In this document: one piece after another, positions 7,820 to 10,575 of the stretch
Layout: every line of letters begins with the position of its first letter
How positions within the stretch are numbered: position 1 is the first letter of the stretch
Virus record (IMG/VR): IMGVR_UViG_2690315994_000024
Reading direction: 5' to 3' (one strand)
Length of the DNA stretch: 10,575 nt
Origin: a virus
Lineage: Duplodnaviria > Heunggongvirae > Uroviricota > Caudoviricetes
The notes under the pieces: generated by a model
Database searches by the model: none
What the model was told of the DNA's origin: nothing
Seen by the model: only the letters and a program-made list of their open reading frames with translations
Position numbers and translations under genes: made by a program

Positions 7820-8396
7820 CATCCGGCGCTGTGCTGGTATCTGTTGCCGTCACCGCGTCAATGTAATCCAGCACAGCGTTAAGGCGGGTTGTTTCTGCCT
7901 GCGTCAGCTTCCGTCCGGCCTGTAATTTCAGTTGAATCAGACTGATGGAGGCCATTGCAGTATCAATCAGCGACTGGCGCTGTGCTTCTGCTGCATCTAC
8001 TGCTGCGCCGTGCTGTGCCTCGGTATCTGTCACCCATTTCTCACCATCCCATTTATCATATGGCGTTAATGGGGCGATAGTGGTTGTATTTTCAGGGTAA
8101 TCACCCGGAACTGTGATTTCTTTGGTATCTCCCGTTTCGGTACTATAGACAACTTCACCGCGATGGTCTGGCACATATTCCCATGAATTTAAATCTACAG
8201 AGCGACAGATTGCATAACCAGCTTTATGTGTACCTGGTGCATCCAAACAGGAACATGCCGGTATACCGACGCCGACAGCGAGATATTCAGTTGATGTAGA
8301 AATATATTCCCGCGTTTCACCATCATAATTATAAATGATAATGTCTCCCGCTTTTATGGCAATGAGTTCGTTATTTAAGATAACTTTATTCATCAT
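7791..8396 (-). CDS. Tail fibre assembly protein Tfa1, full length (201 aa), partner of Sv1
   Basis: Start overlaps the Sv1 stop on the minus strand. Its first 31 codons are duplicated in tfa1' at 5959-6051. Confidence 0.8.
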   Translation of the reverse strand: MMNKVILNNELIAIKAGDIIIYNYDGETREYISTSTEYLAVGVGIPACSCLDAPGTHKAGYAICRSVDLNSWEYVPDHRGEVVYSTETGDTKEITVPGDYPENTTTIAPLTPYDKWDGEKWVTDTEAQHGAAVDAAEAQRQSLIDTAMASISLIQLKLQAGRKLTQAETTRLNAVLDYIDAVTATDTSTAPDVIWPELPEA

Positions 8397-8901
8397 GCGG
8401 CCCTCACAATATAATTAAAAGCGATGTTACGAGGACGAGTTTCTGTACCTACCTTTCCACTAATTTCACCAAAACGTTTTACACTACGGGAGCTAATAGC
8501 TCGTAGTGAGGAAGGCACCCTAAGACCGGGTTCGTCTGTTTTAACTATTCCCCCGTCACCGTATGTAGCCAGTATTCCTGGATTTACTCCTTCCCGTGCA
8601 CTTCCTGCGGCGAGTCCGTCCCCTGTCCATAATTCCATATAGTGTGCATGGTCCAAAATTGTGTGTGGCTGCCAATTAAGCAAAGTACGACCAGAATCAA
8701 TCCCGCGACCGTCATCCCAGCCACGAATAAATTCACCGCGTAAATCAGGCAATTTATTAGTCGGGTAAGCCTTTGCCAGTTCCGGGTATTCTTCAGCAGA
8801 AAAAGCCGCACCATTGCATTTCAGCCAGCCTGTTGGCGGAGTGGCTGAAGGCCACGGAACAGGCACCCCAACGGGTAATGCCGAACCTTCTCCCAAACCA
8901 A
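8303..8901 (-). repeat. Inverted repeat P, right copy
   Basis: Reverse complement of 5454-6052; see left copy. Confidence 0.85.
8393..8887 (-). CDS. Silent tail-fibre variable cassette Sv1 (second, inverted copy of the domain currently fused to Sc)
   Basis: From [25 protein letters not shown]... to the stop it is identical to the C-terminal part of the expressed tail fibre. The track's N-terminal [14 protein letters not shown] is read-through into the invertase-proximal repeat. Confidence 0.75.
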   Translation of the reverse strand, partial: GSALPVGVPVPWPSATPPTGWLKCNGAAFSAEEYPELAKAYPTNKLPDLRGEFIRGWDDGRGIDSGRTLLNWQPHTILDHAHYMELWTGDGLAAGSAREGVNPGILATYGDGGIVKTDEPGLRVPSSLRAISSRSVKRFGEISGKVGTETRPRNIAFNYIVRAA

Positions 8902-8913
8902 CGTTTATGAAAA
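8888..8913 (-). other. Invertase crossover site C (reverse complement of site B): + strand TTCTCCCAAACC AA CGTTTATGAAAA
   Basis: Lies between the Sv1 cassette and invertase copy 2. Both repeat families (P and Q) meet and overlap precisely at this site. Confidence 0.75.
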
Positions 8914-8967
8914 TGAAGAAATAACAAGCAAATGGCATCATTCCTGCTTTTACCAGGGGAATTTAAC

Positions 8968-9522
8968 ATGCTTATTGGCTATGTACGTGTATCAACAAAT
9001 GACCAGAATACCGATCTACAACGTAATGCGCTGAACTGTGCAGGATGTGAGCTGATTTTTGAAGACAAGATAAGCGGTACAAAGTCCGACAGACCAGGAC
9101 TGAAAAAGCTGCTCAGGACATTATCGGCAGGTGACACGCTGGTGGTCTGGAAACTGGACCGACTGGGGCGCAGTATGCGGCATCTTGTCGTGCTGGTGGA
9201 GGAGTTGCGCGAACGAGGCATCAACTTTCGTAGTCTGACGGATTCAATTGATACCAGTACCCCAATGGGGCGCTTTTTCTTTCATGTGATGGGTGCCCTG
9301 GCTGAAATGGAGCGTGAACTGATTGTTGAACGAACAAAAGCTGGACTGGAAGCAGCTCGCGCACAGGGACGAATTGGTGGACGTCGCCCCAAACTTACAC
9401 CAGAACAATGGGAGCAGGCCGGACGATTAATTGCATCAGGCGTTCCTCGCCAGAAGGTGGCGATCATCTATGATGTTGGTATATCGACACTGTATAAGAA
9501 GTTTCCGGTCGGAGATAAATGA
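8968..9522 (+). CDS. pin: Site-specific DNA invertase, Hin/Gin/Pin/Cin family (copy 2, identical to copy 1)
   Basis: Same protein as 6424-6978. ATG 8968 is preceded by AGGGGA. This copy is in the canonical position, immediately outside the right crossover site. Confidence 0.9.
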   Translation: MLIGYVRVSTNDQNTDLQRNALNCAGCELIFEDKISGTKSDRPGLKKLLRTLSAGDTLVVWKLDRLGRSMRHLVVLVEELRERGINFRSLTDSIDTSTPMGRFFFHVMGALAEMERELIVERTKAGLEAARAQGRIGGRRPKLTPEQWEQAGRLIASGVPRQKVAIIYDVGISTLYKKFPVGDK

Positions 9523-9526
9523 AACC

Positions 9527-9555
9527 GTAGCACGTCGTATGCAAGAACGTGCTGC
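9527..9555. terminator. Hairpin between convergent invertase copy 2 and X (mirror of 6391-6419)
   Basis: Stem AGCACGT (9529-9535) pairs with ACGTGCT (9547-9553) around an 11-nt loop, starting 5 nt after the invertase stop. No clean T-run. Confidence 0.25.
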
Positions 9556-9602
9556 GGTTGGCTGATAAGCTTGTAAAAATATTGAACAGGGAGTGGAGCA
9601 TT

Positions 9603-10250
9603 CTATGAAGCTAATTTGTTTAATTTCATTTGTAGTGACTTTACTTCTTGGTCGATAATGTCGAATCCCTTATTGACTGCATCTCTTAGCTCTGCATCAA
9701 TATTTTTTATCCCTTGAGCATAATCTACCATTACATTTATTTTTGCATCATGTAATCTCTTATACATGGTTTTATCTTTGTTATTGTCTGCCATGCCAAT
9801 AAGGATTTTTTCATAATCCTCAATGAGTTTGTTGTTTCCTTTAAATGATTGTATTAATGAGCGTGAATATGTGTATATGTTAATTATTGAGTCTCTAGCA
9901 GAATCATTTAGTTTTGCAATGACATTCGCATTTTGCTCATAGAATGTGAAATTATCATCCCCTACAGGGAATGTGAGAATCAACATTTGTCCCGGTTTTA
10001 TATTATCAATGTGTGTTTTCATCCTTTTATTATATAAATTGATTAGGGTGAAAACTTCTCCCTTAACTCCTTTTAATACTGAAAGTTGTAATTCAAGGGA
10101 TTCTCTTTCTGTCTCTACTTTAGACAGCTTAGCTTGTTGGGTCACTCCTTTTAGGGTAAACCATCCGCCAATAAGAGTACCAACTAGAGCTGTGAGGGAG
10201 GAGGATAACCATCCAGGTATGCTATTTAAAAGATTACTAAATTCACTCAT
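9603..10250 (-). CDS. Cargo protein X: N-terminal transmembrane helix followed by a charged, probably coiled-coil region; unknown function
   Basis: 215-aa ORF in AT-rich DNA. N-terminus IPGWLSSSLTALVGTLIGGWFTL is hydrophobic; the rest is K/E/D/L-rich. Convergent with the invertase. Confidence 0.6.
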   Translation of the reverse strand: MSEFSNLLNSIPGWLSSSLTALVGTLIGGWFTLKGVTQQAKLSKVETERESLELQLSVLKGVKGEVFTLINLYNKRMKTHIDNIKPGQMLILTFPVGDDNFTFYEQNANVIAKLNDSARDSIINIYTYSRSLIQSFKGNNKLIEDYEKILIGMADNNKDKTMYKRLHDAKINVMVDYAQGIKNIDAELRDAVNKGFDIIDQEVKSLQMKLNKLAS

Positions 10251-10308
10251 TATAAGTACTCGCTAATATTGAACGATATATATATCAAATTATTATAAAA
10301 CTCGTCAG

Positions 10309-10575
10309 CTACTGGAGAAGGCTACCTGAACTTCGATCTATTCCTGCATCCATATAGTTGATGGTCTTCTGGAGCTCTTCGATTAGGGCAACAGCTTTTG
10401 CTCGAGAAATGCATATTAGTTGATCCGGAAATTCTTGTAAGGGCCAGTTTGGTATACAGGCCATGTTATCAGTGAAGGATGCAGACAAGTAAACTTCATT
10501 GGTAACCAGAGAATAGCTTACCTCAAAATTGGTGAGTTCCAGCAAACTGCTAACGTTTGACTCTTTTCTGCGCAT
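10309..10575 (-). CDS. Hypothetical protein upstream of X in the same orientation, possibly 5'-truncated by the window edge
   Basis: The ORF reaches the last base of the window (ATG is the final codon on the minus strand), so the true start may lie outside. AT-rich; no recognisable motif. Confidence 0.4.
   Translation of the reverse strand: MRRKESNVSSLLELTNFEVSYSLVTNEVYLSASFTDNMACIPNWPLQEFPDQLICISRAKAVALIEELQKTINYMDAGIDRSSGSLLQ

Larger units (their letters stand above)
8888..9893 (-). repeat. Inverted repeat Q, right copy (crossover site, invertase copy 2, 3' part of X)
   Basis: Reverse complement of 6053-7058; see left copy. Confidence 0.85.

Noticed and set aside
5541-9467. Paired identical short ORFs (5541-5771 and 8584-8814; 5713-5931 and 8424-8642; 6479-6664 and 9282-9467; 6722-6967 and 8979-9224)
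   Set aside because: They are alternative-frame read-throughs of the two inverted repeats, not independent genes. They were useful only as evidence that the repeats are identical at nucleotide level.
9946-10266. Plus-strand ORF antisense to cargo gene X
   Set aside because: Entirely inside X on the opposite strand, in AT-rich DNA where spurious ORFs are common.
1-10575. CRISPR arrays, tRNA or rRNA genes, IS elements with terminal inverted repeats and a transposase
   Set aside because: No short direct repeats with regular spacers, no cloverleaf-like or rRNA-like segments, and no transposase-like ORF were seen. The large inverted repeats are accounted for by the duplicated invertase region.

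Overview
This window is the tail/baseplate end of a temperate myovirus-type prophage (P2/Mu/e14-like gene order) carrying a serine-invertase tail-fibre switching system with an unusual architecture. A translationally coupled + strand operon runs: 5'-truncated tail/baseplate gene (1-987), spike V-like (2136-2888), W-like (2888-3241), J-like (3241-4440), I-like (4437-5117), tail fibre (5117-5962). Three 26-bp hix/gix-like crossover sites (5442-5467, 7033-7058, 8888-8913) lie at tail-fibre constant/variable boundaries. There are two apparently identical, inverted copies of a Hin/Gin/Pin-family invertase gene (6424-6978 on -, 8968-9522 on +), embedded in a ~1.0 kb inverted repeat that flanks a canonical invertible cassette (Sv2-tfa2 / tfa1-Sv1). 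A second ~0.6 kb inverted repeat duplicates the Sv1 variable domain, and a unique junction at 6052/6053 fuses a truncated tfa copy to a C-terminal fragment of a downstream cargo gene. Two AT-rich cargo loci of unknown function are present: a three-ORF insertion with its own terminator inside the baseplate module (990-2120), and a two-gene minus-strand module downstream of the invertase (9603-10575). No rRNA, tRNA, CRISPR array or IS element was recognised. All calls rest on reading the sequence and recalled family features; no database search was run.
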